Position numbers and translations under genes: made by a program. Below are positions 49,601 to 59,889 of a stretch of DNA of 64,000 bases, one piece after another (the stretch's first letter is position 1; each line of letters opens with the position of its first letter). Source of the DNA: Prevotella sp. Its GTDB lineage: Bacteria > Bacteroidota > Bacteroidia > Bacteroidales > Dysgonomonadaceae. The stretch is taken from assembly GCA_031285625.1 (NCBI GenBank), contig JAITVV010000063.1:32001-96000 (forward strand), in the 5' to 3' direction. The notes under the pieces are model-generated. The model saw only the letters and a list, made by a program, of their open reading frames with translations. It did not search any database and had not been told where the DNA came from.

Positions 49601-49839
49601 GCATTGGGATTTACTTCAATCGTAAATTCGCCATCTACGCTGGTCGCAATACCATTAGTAGTCCCTTTTTCCACGACGCTAGCCCCTATAATAGGCTCAT
49701 TCAGTTCATCTGTAACGACACCTGAAACCTTTGTTTTGGTTTGTTGTGAATAAAGATTTGTAGAAACCAACATAAATATGGCACACATACAAATTTTAAA
49801 CAGGTTAAATAGATTTAAGAAGTTAACTTTAAATTTCAT
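46678..49839 (-). CDS. susC: SusC/RagA TonB-dependent transporter
   Basis: EVVVVGYG.QKK, DIESISVLKDASAAIYG...ANGVILVTTKRG, YLRLKNIELGY, C-terminal F. Confidence 0.97.
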   Translation of the reverse strand: MKFKVNFLNLFNLFKICMCAIFMLVSTNLYSQQTKTKVSGVVTDELNEPIIGASVVEKGTTNGIATSVDGEFTIEVNPNAVLVISSIGYIAQEIKISGGSTLNIVLKEDSKLMDEVVVVGYGVQKKATLTGAVSAIKNDEIITTKNESVQNMLTGKVAGLRVVQNSSEPGQFSGSMDIRGLGNPLVVIDGVPRGNMARLDAEDIESISVLKDASAAIYGVNSANGVILVTTKRGEKGKVSLSYSGNVSWQMPTNFPKLANAVDWMTLFNERTMHNVDGPNRPYTDEQIDAYRNGTMRSTDWKSEVLRSSAPQTMHTISATGGTDALSYYASIGYQSQGSFLQTNAMNYEKYTVRSNISSQITKNLKFELNLSGLLDERKSSVYSSNDIIRGMWLMQPMDQVYYNEEEGQYWQPTNGGLQNPVTMMNKDITGANSYKSKWFQSNASLRYDIPFVKGLYVKGMYSYDYTLNDNKEFMKAYQLYDSGGAARTWNAQSDAPNRVARYFYGKDGNLWNVQVGFDRQFGKHNISAMALYENTHREGDNFYGNRQLLLPLDQLFTGITDKMQINQSTAASSLYDYAYNAYAGRVKYDFAGKYLAEFTIRHESSSRFPDNSRWATTPGVMVAWRISEESFFKKSPLKFIDNLKLRGSYGRMLDDAATNDYNFLTGYYYPSSGGNSAGLPSGYIFDGSFVNSANNKGLANTAITWYKSDMLNFGLDLDAWNGLLGMTAEYFQRKRTGLLATRSQSIPGIVGAAQPQENLNSDMTRGFELELSHRNSIGDFHYQLKGNMSFTRVKTLYYEQSDPGNSYLNWRQNNNDRYNNIWWGYGGNGRITNWDQIYHNPVYIGRGTTLGDYQYQDWNGDGQINDLDVHPLATNGMTPLIYYGLTISASWKGIDLTMLWQGGGKRYVAPRQFLYQPLWADTNALTQFLDRWRPVDPAASPYDPATEWITGHYAYTGTSPNYNSDFNIQNGAYLRLKNIELGYTLPKKWLSTVNIQSVRVYVSSYNLLTFTKLKYIDPEFFTNPDESKGGLGDYGYSYPLNKTVTVGINVKF

Positions 49840-49968
49840 ACTTCATTGTTTTTAAAAGTGTTTGATAAATCATTTATAAAATTTCATCTTTGCCATTGAT
49901 TACTCAGGTTGCAGTATCAAACGATTTCATGTTTTTCATAGATCAGATTTTTAGTTAGTGCATTGAAG

Positions 49969-52317
49969 TTATTTTTTAAGTTCTATATTAGGAGTGTTGG
50001 ATAATTTAATCAGCATATGTCCTCCGTTAACTACATCTGCAAAAGGTAATTGTATCGTATTGTGAGGCTTTCCGTTCACATCGATAGATTCGATATAGAT
50101 ATTATCCTTAGTATTATTCCGGGTTTCTATTACAAACTCTTTACCTTTATAATAGTCTTTATTCAGTTTGATCCTGATCTTATCAAATAACGGGCTACCT
50201 ATCTGGAATGAAGGATCAGGTTGAGTCAGTCCTTTTACATCAAAAAGCCCCATTGCTGCCATTACATACCATGCGCCCAGTTGTCCCTGATCTTCATCTT
50301 GCCCGTAACCATATCCATGAACACCTTCAACTCCGTAAAATTCGTTGCAAATAGCTCTTACCCACTTTTGTGATAAATAGGGTTTTCCTGAAAAATTAAA
50401 TAACCATGAAATATGGAGATTGGGCTGGTTGCCATGGTTGTAATATGTATGTAAGCCTGAAAACGCATCTATAGTTTGTCCGCCGCCAAATATATTTTTC
50501 TGTGATATCTGAAATGTACTATCCAAACGGATATTGAACTCATCCATACCGATAAGGTTAATCAGTTCGTCTATTTGATGAGGAACATAATATGTATACT
50601 GAATCGCATTCCCTTCCTGAAAGCCGATCCATGGGGCAAAAGGATCAAAATCTTTAATGAACTCACCCTTATCATCCCGTGGACGTATCAATTTTGTTTC
50701 GGGGTCAAAGAGAGTTTTCCATCCCTCAGATAGTTTAGATAAAAGTTTATAATCCTCCTCCTTATTCAACTGTTTAGCCATCTGAGCTACAGCATAACTA
50801 CTAAAAGAATATTCCATTGTATGAGATGCTCCAAAACCGGAGCCTTCTGGTGTAGTGCGCATGGACAGATTGGTGGTATATGGAGAATATCCTCTGTTCA
50901 CGAATTGTTCTACGTCGAGCTTTCCTGCTCCTGTCAAACGATCCTTACCATCTATCTCATTCTTTAAAGCGGCTTCATATCCTGTCTCTACATCGAAATC
51001 GCGTATACCGCAATTATAGGCTGCAGCAATTGCAAGACTGGTAAAATTAGTACCTACACCGGACACATATCTGCTACACGCTATACCATCGCCCAGCCAG
51101 CCGGCATCTTTATAAACCAATAGCTGACTCTGAATCCAGTCTGAATAATATTCCGGATATGCAATACTCCACAATTGTGTAAGATTCCAGAAAGCTCCCC
51201 ATATAGCATCAGTATTGTAATGATTATGAATAGGTTTGCCTTTTTCATCTGTAGGAATCTTTCCTATACCTCCATCATTTTTCGGGTATGCTCCATTTAC
51301 ATCACTGGCTAACCCACGGCCCAGTAATGCATGGTACAAGCCTGTGTAAAACTTTACACGATCATTGTATTCCCCGCCTTCAACCTCTATCCGGCCAAGA
51401 TATTCTTCCCATGTATTTACTGCTTTTTTATGTGCCTCGTCAAAAGACATATCTTTTGCCTCGGTTTCCATATTAAGTCTGGCATTTTCTATAGATGTAT
51501 ACGAAAGTCCTATTTTTACGTTTACAGCTTCTTGGTCAGAAGTATTAAATTTGAAATAGAGCCCCGAACCGATACCCGTCTGGCTCCTTTTATCCGGATA
51601 AACCGTATCCTTAACAAAAGAACCGTACGCAACAGGCTCCTTGTCCAGTTCAGCACTGAAATACATAGAAACAGTTGCTCCTTTCTGATAAATATTCACA
51701 TAAACAGGAGTTGTGGTCACCCAGCCTTCTATACGACCGTCCTCAGTATATGCGACACTTGCTTCCTTCACATAACCACTTTCTCCCTGACGATTGCCAA
51801 TATCAAATATGAGGTTTGCCTGATCGGATGCAGGAAATGTATATCGGTGAAAACCAACGCGCTGGGTTGCCGTAAGTTCCGCCTTCACTCCATAATCTTT
51901 CAATAACACAGAATAATATCCCGGACGGGCATATTCATCTTTCTTATCAAAGGAAGAGCGATATCCGCCCTGGACACTATCTAATTTTCCAGGGATAGTC
52001 TGTAAATCGCCTACAGTAGGGGCAATTACAACTCCACCAACCTGAAACTCATGGAAGTTTGCAAATCCTTCGATAGAAGTATGCCTGGCATCATATCCTA
52101 CTGCCTGCCACCCTCCTGTGTTTCCTAAATGTCCATCTGTAGATGGAGCTAGCTTTGCCATACCGAAAGGAACAGCTGCGGGTGTATAAAAGAACCAGCG
52201 TGAATGAGCCGTACCTATATTCGGATCCACATAATCCGACAGTGCCGTTTTCTTCTCACAGGACGTAACCAGGCAAGAAAAAATTAAAATCGTTATTGGA
52301 ATAATTTTTCTTATCAT
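49969..52317 (-). CDS. GH92 alpha-mannosidase (lipoprotein)
   Basis: YVDPNIGT, PFGMAKL, FYTGLYH, HTMEYS, QEGN, HGNQP, DEDQGQLGAW. Confidence 0.95.
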   Translation of the reverse strand: MIRKIIPITILIFSCLVTSCEKKTALSDYVDPNIGTAHSRWFFYTPAAVPFGMAKLAPSTDGHLGNTGGWQAVGYDARHTSIEGFANFHEFQVGGVVIAPTVGDLQTIPGKLDSVQGGYRSSFDKKDEYARPGYYSVLLKDYGVKAELTATQRVGFHRYTFPASDQANLIFDIGNRQGESGYVKEASVAYTEDGRIEGWVTTTPVYVNIYQKGATVSMYFSAELDKEPVAYGSFVKDTVYPDKRSQTGIGSGLYFKFNTSDQEAVNVKIGLSYTSIENARLNMETEAKDMSFDEAHKKAVNTWEEYLGRIEVEGGEYNDRVKFYTGLYHALLGRGLASDVNGAYPKNDGGIGKIPTDEKGKPIHNHYNTDAIWGAFWNLTQLWSIAYPEYYSDWIQSQLLVYKDAGWLGDGIACSRYVSGVGTNFTSLAIAAAYNCGIRDFDVETGYEAALKNEIDGKDRLTGAGKLDVEQFVNRGYSPYTTNLSMRTTPEGSGFGASHTMEYSFSSYAVAQMAKQLNKEEDYKLLSKLSEGWKTLFDPETKLIRPRDDKGEFIKDFDPFAPWIGFQEGNAIQYTYYVPHQIDELINLIGMDEFNIRLDSTFQISQKNIFGGGQTIDAFSGLHTYYNHGNQPNLHISWLFNFSGKPYLSQKWVRAICNEFYGVEGVHGYGYGQDEDQGQLGAWYVMAAMGLFDVKGLTQPDPSFQIGSPLFDKIRIKLNKDYYKGKEFVIETRNNTKDNIYIESIDVNGKPHNTIQLPFADVVNGGHMLIKLSNTPNIELKK

Positions 52318-52336
52318 AATAGTGTAGTTAGTTTTT

Positions 52337-55300
52337 CTATTTTTTAGTAATTAGCTTTAATGTTATGCACTCATAGGGTTTAAGCCAGAAAGAAGAATCA
52401 TCAAACTCCTTTGTCTGCTTCTGGTTGTGATTGCATACAAACACTTTTTCAGCTTGTAAGCTTCCCCAGATAAAAGATGAATGAACACTCTGATCGTTCA
52501 TATTCAACAATCTCAATATATATCCATTGCCGTCATCAGAAGGCTTAATTGTGGAAACAGAAATCTGATTTTTCCCTTTAAGCCTGAAGAGAGTTTCTAC
52601 TCCGGCAGGTTTGTCAGATAAAACTGTAATCATCTTTTGTGCCTGCTCCAACCCCTGTTTTTTTAATTGAGGTTCAAACGGATCGAAAAGCTCCAGCGAA
52701 TAGCGGAATATAGTTATGCCCTCCTGTGAAGCTTTATAATTAGTCCTCCACGAATTATTCATCGCCCATGAATAGATTTTGGGAGAAATTATGGCAGAAG
52801 ACCTCCATCCCAAACCACTTTGTTCTGACCGCCAGACATCGCTGCTCATTTCACCCAGCTCTACGAAAGGAGCATCAATTGTTGTCAAATAAATACCATG
52901 GCTCAGGTTACTTGCACTAAGGCAATTTTGTATAGAATAATAGTTCTTATTTACGCCGGTCAACTGTTCACGTTCCGGATGCATTTCACTCATAGCCAAA
53001 TCCATTGAAATCTCACCATGCTCGATATTAAATGGAAAAACAAAGCGAACATTCTCCGGTTTATAGATATTTTTTTTATCTACAGTATTAATAATATCTA
53101 TACGCCCAAGCTCTTTATAAACGGTCACATCTCTCAATAGAGAATGACAACCCGGAGCATCAGATTCAATACGCAATGTAGCAGCTACTTCTCCGTCATC
53201 TAATACTGTTATCCGTTTGATGTTATCCACCCATTGAGGATCTGAAGCGAGCCGTCCGGTATATACATAATCATTCAATCCTCGTTCTGAAGCATAATTA
53301 TATTTTTCTCCTGTTTTAGTCAAGGTAGAAATCGTCCCTTTCACTTTATCTATTTCAATATGTATGATACCATTGTCCAGTACATTATCTTGAATCATAG
53401 ATTTTATTCCGGTATTCTTTCTCGTATCATCTACAATTTGATATACAGAAGAAGAAAGAGCAGCTATCTCTTTTACCACAAAAATCCAGCTTCCATCATG
53501 TAACCTTTGCAACGGGATCAGATTCCCTGACGGTGACATTAAAGCTTTACCTTGCAGGTCTACAGTCTTGTCGATCTTTACAATATCGCTTCTCTTCCAG
53601 AGATTTGTATTGAATACATGTATATAATTTCCATTATCGGATTGAATCCCGTCAAGAACATCCGTATATAGTTTCTTTGATTGGGAATCGGCATTATCTG
53701 CATAGAGCTTTTTACCTGCCCATAATTTCTTGGTGAACTCCGACTCCGGTTCCGGGCCACTGGCTGATGCCCCCCATGTATGTTCGGAGAAAAGAACTAC
53801 ATTTTTCCAAGCTTCTAAGAAATCATTAACAGGAAATAGTTTCGGATTAAGCATTCCCCATAAGATTTCTGTCTGGTTCAACCGCTCAGAACTCTCACGG
53901 TTCATAGCCAGTTCGCGGGCAGTAGACGCAGCACCATCTTCCCAAGTTGGCGTCATATCGCCACTATAAACAGGTATATCATTTTTATACTCCTTCTCAA
54001 ACTCAGAAAAAAGTTCTTTAGTTGTACCTATATAAAATTGGGGAGAATCATATTTTTCATTCCATTCTTTAATGACATCAGGCATCAATTCATCCGGTGG
54101 CCCATTATCTCCATTCACAGTATACCGGAGATAGCATGTAGAGTATGGGTATTCACGGGCTTCCAAGTTTGTCAGATATTCCCATATAGGAGTAAGCCCG
54201 CACACAGAAAGACGGTTTGCCAGCCACCCGTGAAATAAAGAATATCCTCTACCCGTTTGCCAAAATAATATCTTTTCTTTTCCTGATTGCGACTGCCAAT
54301 AGAACGGTTTGTCTCCCCATTTCACATGTAAATGAGCAGCCCTGTCGTTTCCTACTTTTCCATAGAAAGGTACATAATTAGGCCCTGCCGAATAATATTT
54401 AACTCCATTCTGCGCCATTGCAGTAACCATTCCCCAAGATTGTCCCGGAACATCACTCATCATTGCTGTATTAAACTCGACGCCGGTCAAACGGGATATT
54501 TTATGCGCGTCATCAAATAAATGCATCAGTTCTTCCTGCTTGCAAATTCCTGTAAGAATACTACCAAGAGAAGCATCTACACCTAGCGTACCATCCTGAA
54601 TAGCATGAATTATTTTATCATATTTTTCAGTACCTTTATAATGCTCCAGATAACCCATCAGAGCCCATGTAGCCTCAGAATTCCATTTAAACCTCGAACC
54701 TTCGGGGTTACTTGCCGAACGTTCAGCCAACTCTAATGCCCGGTCAAAATTGCGCCACTGTAACTTCATCACATCATCCTGAGCATGAGTATATCCTATA
54801 TCCAAATGTGAATGAGGCAGGAAATAGAGCTTCCACTGGCGCGCACCCGGTATATTGTATTCTTTTTCCACATTTCCCTGACGAGTGGATAGTTTAATTT
54901 TCAGATCGGCGCTTTCTTCCATATATCCGGGAGGAAACAGGGCTTCTACAGAAGATATCCCGATTGGAGAAGGATCTATTACTTTAGACCACGTTTGCCC
55001 GTTTATAGCAAAATCCAATTGACCACCACAATAGAGAGGAGCATCCAATTTCAACACATATTCACGCGAGGGGCCATTATCCGTTTTCAGATAACCTTGA
55101 GATGCCTCAAAAGAAATATCTGATAGTTTATCTAATTTTGCAATCTGCTTATTTTCTTTCTGATAAAATCTAATCTCGCTCAGTCCATAATAATCTATAT
55201 TCTGATGCATATCACTTGCTTCCCTTAGAATAAGCTTGTTGTTACGATCGTAATAATTACCATCCTTAGTGTCTGCTGTTATACAAAGATATTTTATTTT

Positions 55301-55815
55301 AATACCTCCTGTTTCCAATGTGAAGCTTGCAGGTTCGGGATTTCGGCCTACAGATTCTTTTATTATATGATAATCCAGCCCCTTATTCTTTAACAGCTTC
55401 CAAGTCTTTCCATCAGCAGAATATTCAATGTATATTTTTTCAGTCCCCGGCGAGTATGTTGGCTTTGGTTTTGATTCCATATCCTGATTAAGTCTACATG
55501 TACCGGAGCCGGAGTTTTACCAATTTCACACATAAACCAGACAACTCCTTCTTTTGTAAACTCATTTGCACGCACTCTTTCTGCCGACACCTTAGATGTC
55601 CACATTTTCATTCCCAGATTCTGCGCAATATGCATATCATCTTGCATTCCTTCCCCATTTACAGCTTCCATAGCCGTTGCTTTAGGCAATTCACTGCTCG
55701 CAGTAGCAGAAACCTGATCAGAAGGAACTTGAGTATATACTTTTACATTCTGACCAAACAACTGTATGGAGCTTAACAATATACAAAGAGTGATGAAACA
55801 TCTGTTAATAATCAT
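52337..55815 (-). pseudogene. GH38-like alpha-mannosidase with N-terminal discoidin-like domain, split by a 1-base frameshift near 55435-55440
   Basis: HSHLDIGYT, DVPG and HTWG motifs in ORF 52337..55480; the signal peptide and first half of the discoidin-like domain are in ORF 55390..55890. One extra A in the A6 run joins them. Confidence 0.85.
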
Positions 55816-55951
55816 AATTTTAGATTTTCTTTTAGTTTTATCATAGCATCTATTTAGTTTATCTCCTTCAGCGAGTTTTGTGTTTCTCAATAATTATTGC
55901 TGATAATTGGATTTTAGAATATAGTTTCTTTAGTTTAAACTTAGTTTACAT

Positions 55952-55963
55952 ATGTATAAACAT
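55952..55963. promoter_or_regulatory. Palindromic operator upstream of the GH38-GH92-susCD operon
   Basis: ATGTATAAACAT just downstream of a -7-like TATATTAG (minus, 55976-55983). Confidence 0.65.
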
Positions 55964-56454
55964 AGTTTCATGCCGCTAATATATAAAATGTTTTTATTTC
56001 AAGCATAATTTTCATCAATTTTTTTCTAAAAACAGCAAAAAAAATTATATTAACAATTAAATATTTATGAAATAATTATCTTATTATTAATGAAATAATA
56101 GTTATTTATATATAAATGCAAATGGTAATACCGATGTAAGCAAAGTTGTAATTACATAGTAATTATTGTTTGAACAATAATTAACAAAAACTCAATAAAA
56201 AATAGCTAGAGATGAACTCTAAATCGGATATAAATAATATAAGTCACCTTTATTCGGTACTCCTTATTTTAATTTACCTCTGAATACAAGCTGGAATATC
56301 ACATACGACAACAAATCCCATAATGATAAATATGTATATATATATAAAGATGCAAGTAAAGTAATAATAAATATTAATAGTGAAACAAATAATAAAAAAA
56401 GGTTCTTAATATTTTGAAAATTAGAAAAAACTAGCTTTCTTTACAATTCAATAA

Positions 56455-56466
56455 ATGTATGAACAT
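56455..56466. promoter_or_regulatory. Palindromic operator upstream of the large GH92
   Basis: ATGTATGAACAT ending 44 bp before the ATG. Confidence 0.65.
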
Positions 56467-56510
56467 ATAGTATATAATAATCTTAAACTAACTATAAACA
56501 CCTATTAATA

Positions 56511-59500
56511 ATGAAAAGAAAGAACCTCTTATTGATTATTGCAATATGCCTTACTGCAACAATCACTTATGCCAAACAGGCACCGCCTCATAAAATATGG
56601 GCGATAGGCACAGAAAACAATTCTTCTTCAGATTTTGCATTAGGACCGAAAGACTTCAGGCAATTTCTAGCGAATGATTTTGGATATGAGGACAAATTTT
56701 ATTTGATAAATCATTCCGACATAAAAAGAGACTTTCCTTATGTCCTGCCCGGCCCCACTGACACATGGGGAGGCACATGGCCAACATCAGGTTGGCGGAC
56801 ACATCAGGTCAATATTTTATTTGGCCTGGATAATTTACCCAATAACGGAGATTATAAATTAGTCATTAATTTATTAGACTACGCCAAAACATTTTTGCCT
56901 CTGGTAAAAGTCAGTATAAACACACAAGACGAAAAATTTCAATTGGGTGATCAGGCTACTCTTGCAAAACAACGCAAGGCCAATAATCAGGAAGCCGTAA
57001 CAGACACCCTTGCTATTGCAGGAGACTTGCGTAATTCTACATACAAAGCATTGGAAATACCTATAAACAGGAATATATTGAAAAAAGGTGGCAATATTGT
57101 CACAATAACCGTACTTGAAGGGTCGTGGATACTATTTGATGAAGTACACATGGAAGGGCCTGAAGGTATAAAAGTTACAACAGCTAATAATTTCTTTATA
57201 AGAGATGTATATCCTGCACCATACGAAATAGCCAATACAAAGAACAGACATCAGCCTCTTATCGTAGATACCCAATGGCTGGAGGGATCTTCAAAAATAA
57301 GTGTACAACTGGATGGCAAAGAAATACTCAGCCAAACAATCGAAGCCGGGAGATACCAACTAGAAGCACCTATGCCTCAGGTTAAACAAGAGAGAAACAG
57401 CAAATACCGCATACTAAAAGATGGTGTAGAAATAGAACAGGGAGTAGTAAAAAGAGCCCCTCAAAAACTACAGACAAATGCGGATTACGTAGATACCCGC
57501 ATTGGGACAGCCCATTCGCGCTGGATGATTGCCCCAGGACCATGGATGCCATTCAGTATGGTAAAAATGAGTCCGGATAATCAGAATAACGGTTGGCAAG
57601 CAGGTTATCAACCATCATTCGAAAATATAGGATGTTTCAGTCATATACATGAATGGACTTTAGGAGGATTAGGTATTATGGCTACAAATGGCGAATTAAA
57701 AACAAATATTGGCGATGAACAAAAACCGGATGAAGGCTATCGCTCGCGTATCAATAAACGTACAGAAAAAGCTGACATCGGATATTATAGTGCCGATCTG
57801 ACCGATTACAATATTAAAGCCGAGGTCACAGCTACAACAAGGTGTGGTTTTGAGCGATTTACATTTCCTAAAGACAGGAGTGGGTCTCGTATTATGATTG
57901 ACTTACATCCGCCGACAGAACAAAATTTCCAACTTAAACAAATAAAACTTAATAAAGTTAGTGACTATCGTATTGAGGGCTCCAGCCATCAGTTTTCGCC
58001 AAATGTATGGAGTTACGATGCCGATCAGGACTATACAGTACATTTTGTTATCGAATTTGATCAACCCATTAAAAGCATGGGAAGCTGGGTAGAAAAGAAT
58101 ATCTCGAATAACGTAAATGAACTTATTACAGGAGAGTGTAAGGATGCAGGGGTATTTGTTGAATTCGATCAAACAAAACATCCTATAGTACAGGTGCGTT
58201 CGGGTATATCGTTAGTAAGCATTGCAAATGCAAACGAAAACTTAAAAACAGAAGTCACAGACAAATTTGGATGGAATTTTGAGGCAGTACGTCAAAATCA
58301 GGTAAATACGTGGAATGATATTTTCGATCGTATGAAGATAACCACTAACGACCGCCTCGAAAAAGTACGTTTCTATAATAATATGTACAGGGCAACCTGT
58401 AGCCGTAATACATGGAGTGATGTAAATGGAGAATGGATATCTACAGATGGAAAAAAACGTAAAGTTGCAGATCCGTCAAATGATGTAATGCTAGGTTGTG
58501 ACGCATTCTGGAATACATTCTGGAACCTGAATCAATTCTGGAATCTGGTTACTCCGGAATGGAGCAGTAAATGGGTTAAATCTCAGCTATCTATGTATAA
58601 CGCAAACGGATGGCTTGCCAAAGGCCCTGCAGGAATGAACTATATACCTGTAATGGTAGGAGAGCATGAAATTCCTCTTATTGTAGGTGCATATCAGATG
58701 GGGATACGTGATTTTGATGCCAATAAAGCATTGGAGGCTGCTATAAAGATGCAGACAACGCCAGCACAAAAAGTATTTAAAGGATATGCTGGAAACCGCG
58801 ACCTTGTACATTACATGAAATATAAATATGTACCGTCAGACCTGGGACGCTTCTCCAATACAATGGAATACTCATACGATGACTGGACTGTAGGTCAATT
58901 AGCCAAAGCGTTAGGTAATAACGAGGTATACAACATATTCAATGATCGCGGCTACTGGTGGAAAAATGTTATCAGTGACGAAGGATATTGTCACATGAAG
59001 GATAGTAGCGGCAAATGGATGGAAAACTTCGATCCGTTCCGCAGTGGAGCCAACCATCATTATGTGGAAGGAAATGCCTGGCAACTAACATTCTTTGTCC
59101 CGCAAGATGTACCCGCATTAGTTGAAAAGATTGGAAAAGAACGTTTTCTCGATCGCCTCGAATGGGGATTCAACCAAGATGAATCATGGCGTTACAATGC
59201 TCCGAATGATCAATATTGGGATCATCCGATTGTTCAGGGAAATCAACAATCAATGCATTTTGCATTCTTATTCAGCTGGGCAGGAAAACCATGGCTAACC
59301 CAAAGATGGAGCCGCTCAATACTCGACCGTTATTATGGTTATGAACCCGCAAATGCATATCTTGGAGATGAAGACCAGGGACAAATGAGCGCCTGGGCAA
59401 TTATGGCCACCATCGGACTATTTCAGGTTGACGGCGGAGCACGTGTAGACCCTATCTATGAAATTGCAAGCCCATTGTTTGAGAAGGTTGAAATTGACCT

Positions 59501-59702
59501 GGGAAACAAATATGGACGCGGTAAGAAGTTCACCATCGAAGCAAAAAATGCATCTAAGAAGAATATGTATGTACAAAAAGCTGTATTAAACGGCAAGACT
59601 TTAAATACATTCCATTTTCCTGCATCCGAATTATTAAAAGGAGGTAGCCTTGTTCTTGAAATGGGAGATACTCCTAATACAAACTGGGGTATTGGCAAAT
59701 AA
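56511..59702 (+). CDS. GH92 alpha-mannosidase with ~300-aa N-terminal extension
   Basis: YVDTRIGT, PFSMVKMSPD, NTMEYSYDDW, VEGN, QGNQ, GDEDQGQMSAW; N-terminal beta-sandwich resembling the PL4 domain III / CBM-like fold. Confidence 0.94.
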   Translation: MKRKNLLLIIAICLTATITYAKQAPPHKIWAIGTENNSSSDFALGPKDFRQFLANDFGYEDKFYLINHSDIKRDFPYVLPGPTDTWGGTWPTSGWRTHQVNILFGLDNLPNNGDYKLVINLLDYAKTFLPLVKVSINTQDEKFQLGDQATLAKQRKANNQEAVTDTLAIAGDLRNSTYKALEIPINRNILKKGGNIVTITVLEGSWILFDEVHMEGPEGIKVTTANNFFIRDVYPAPYEIANTKNRHQPLIVDTQWLEGSSKISVQLDGKEILSQTIEAGRYQLEAPMPQVKQERNSKYRILKDGVEIEQGVVKRAPQKLQTNADYVDTRIGTAHSRWMIAPGPWMPFSMVKMSPDNQNNGWQAGYQPSFENIGCFSHIHEWTLGGLGIMATNGELKTNIGDEQKPDEGYRSRINKRTEKADIGYYSADLTDYNIKAEVTATTRCGFERFTFPKDRSGSRIMIDLHPPTEQNFQLKQIKLNKVSDYRIEGSSHQFSPNVWSYDADQDYTVHFVIEFDQPIKSMGSWVEKNISNNVNELITGECKDAGVFVEFDQTKHPIVQVRSGISLVSIANANENLKTEVTDKFGWNFEAVRQNQVNTWNDIFDRMKITTNDRLEKVRFYNNMYRATCSRNTWSDVNGEWISTDGKKRKVADPSNDVMLGCDAFWNTFWNLNQFWNLVTPEWSSKWVKSQLSMYNANGWLAKGPAGMNYIPVMVGEHEIPLIVGAYQMGIRDFDANKALEAAIKMQTTPAQKVFKGYAGNRDLVHYMKYKYVPSDLGRFSNTMEYSYDDWTVGQLAKALGNNEVYNIFNDRGYWWKNVISDEGYCHMKDSSGKWMENFDPFRSGANHHYVEGNAWQLTFFVPQDVPALVEKIGKERFLDRLEWGFNQDESWRYNAPNDQYWDHPIVQGNQQSMHFAFLFSWAGKPWLTQRWSRSILDRYYGYEPANAYLGDEDQGQMSAWAIMATIGLFQVDGGARVDPIYEIASPLFEKVEIDLGNKYGRGKKFTIEAKNASKKNMYVQKAVLNGKTLNTFHFPASELLKGGSLVLEMGDTPNTNWGIGK

Positions 59703-59726
59703 TTTTTTAAGGTAGAGTTACTATGT

Positions 59727-59757
59727 ATTCCGGATAATCCCTGTGATTATCCGGAAT
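59727..59757 (+). terminator. Terminator after the large GH92
   Basis: ATTCCGGATAATC-CCTGT-GATTATCCGGAAT hairpin. Confidence 0.75.
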
Positions 59758-59834
59758 CATTTTATCTGCCTATAAGGATTTTCGAAGAATTCCTTTATTA
59801 AAAGAGATTTAGAATCAGTATATCTAAATAAATA

Positions 59835-59863
59835 ATCCCTCAATTGATAAACAACCGAGGGAT
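59835..59863 (-). terminator. Terminator after the ROK gene
   Basis: Minus strand ATCCCTCGGTTG-N5-CAATTGAGGGAT (two G-U pairs) followed by TATTTATTT. Confidence 0.7.
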
Positions 59864-59889
59864 AACTTTCTATAATATAAAACAATCTG

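Noticed and set aside
49840-49968. 11-codon ORF (MKNMKSFDTAT) upstream of susC
   Set aside because: Too short, with no attenuator structure or informative codon bias.
45712-51906. Longer antisense ORFs (45712..46317, 51331..51906) and similar ones across the window
   Set aside because: They lie opposite well-supported genes and have no recognisable motifs.
55430-55445. Programmed -1 ribosomal frameshift in GH38
   Set aside because: G_AAA_AAA_T is not a canonical X_XXY_YYZ site and I saw no convincing stimulatory structure; kept only as an indel.
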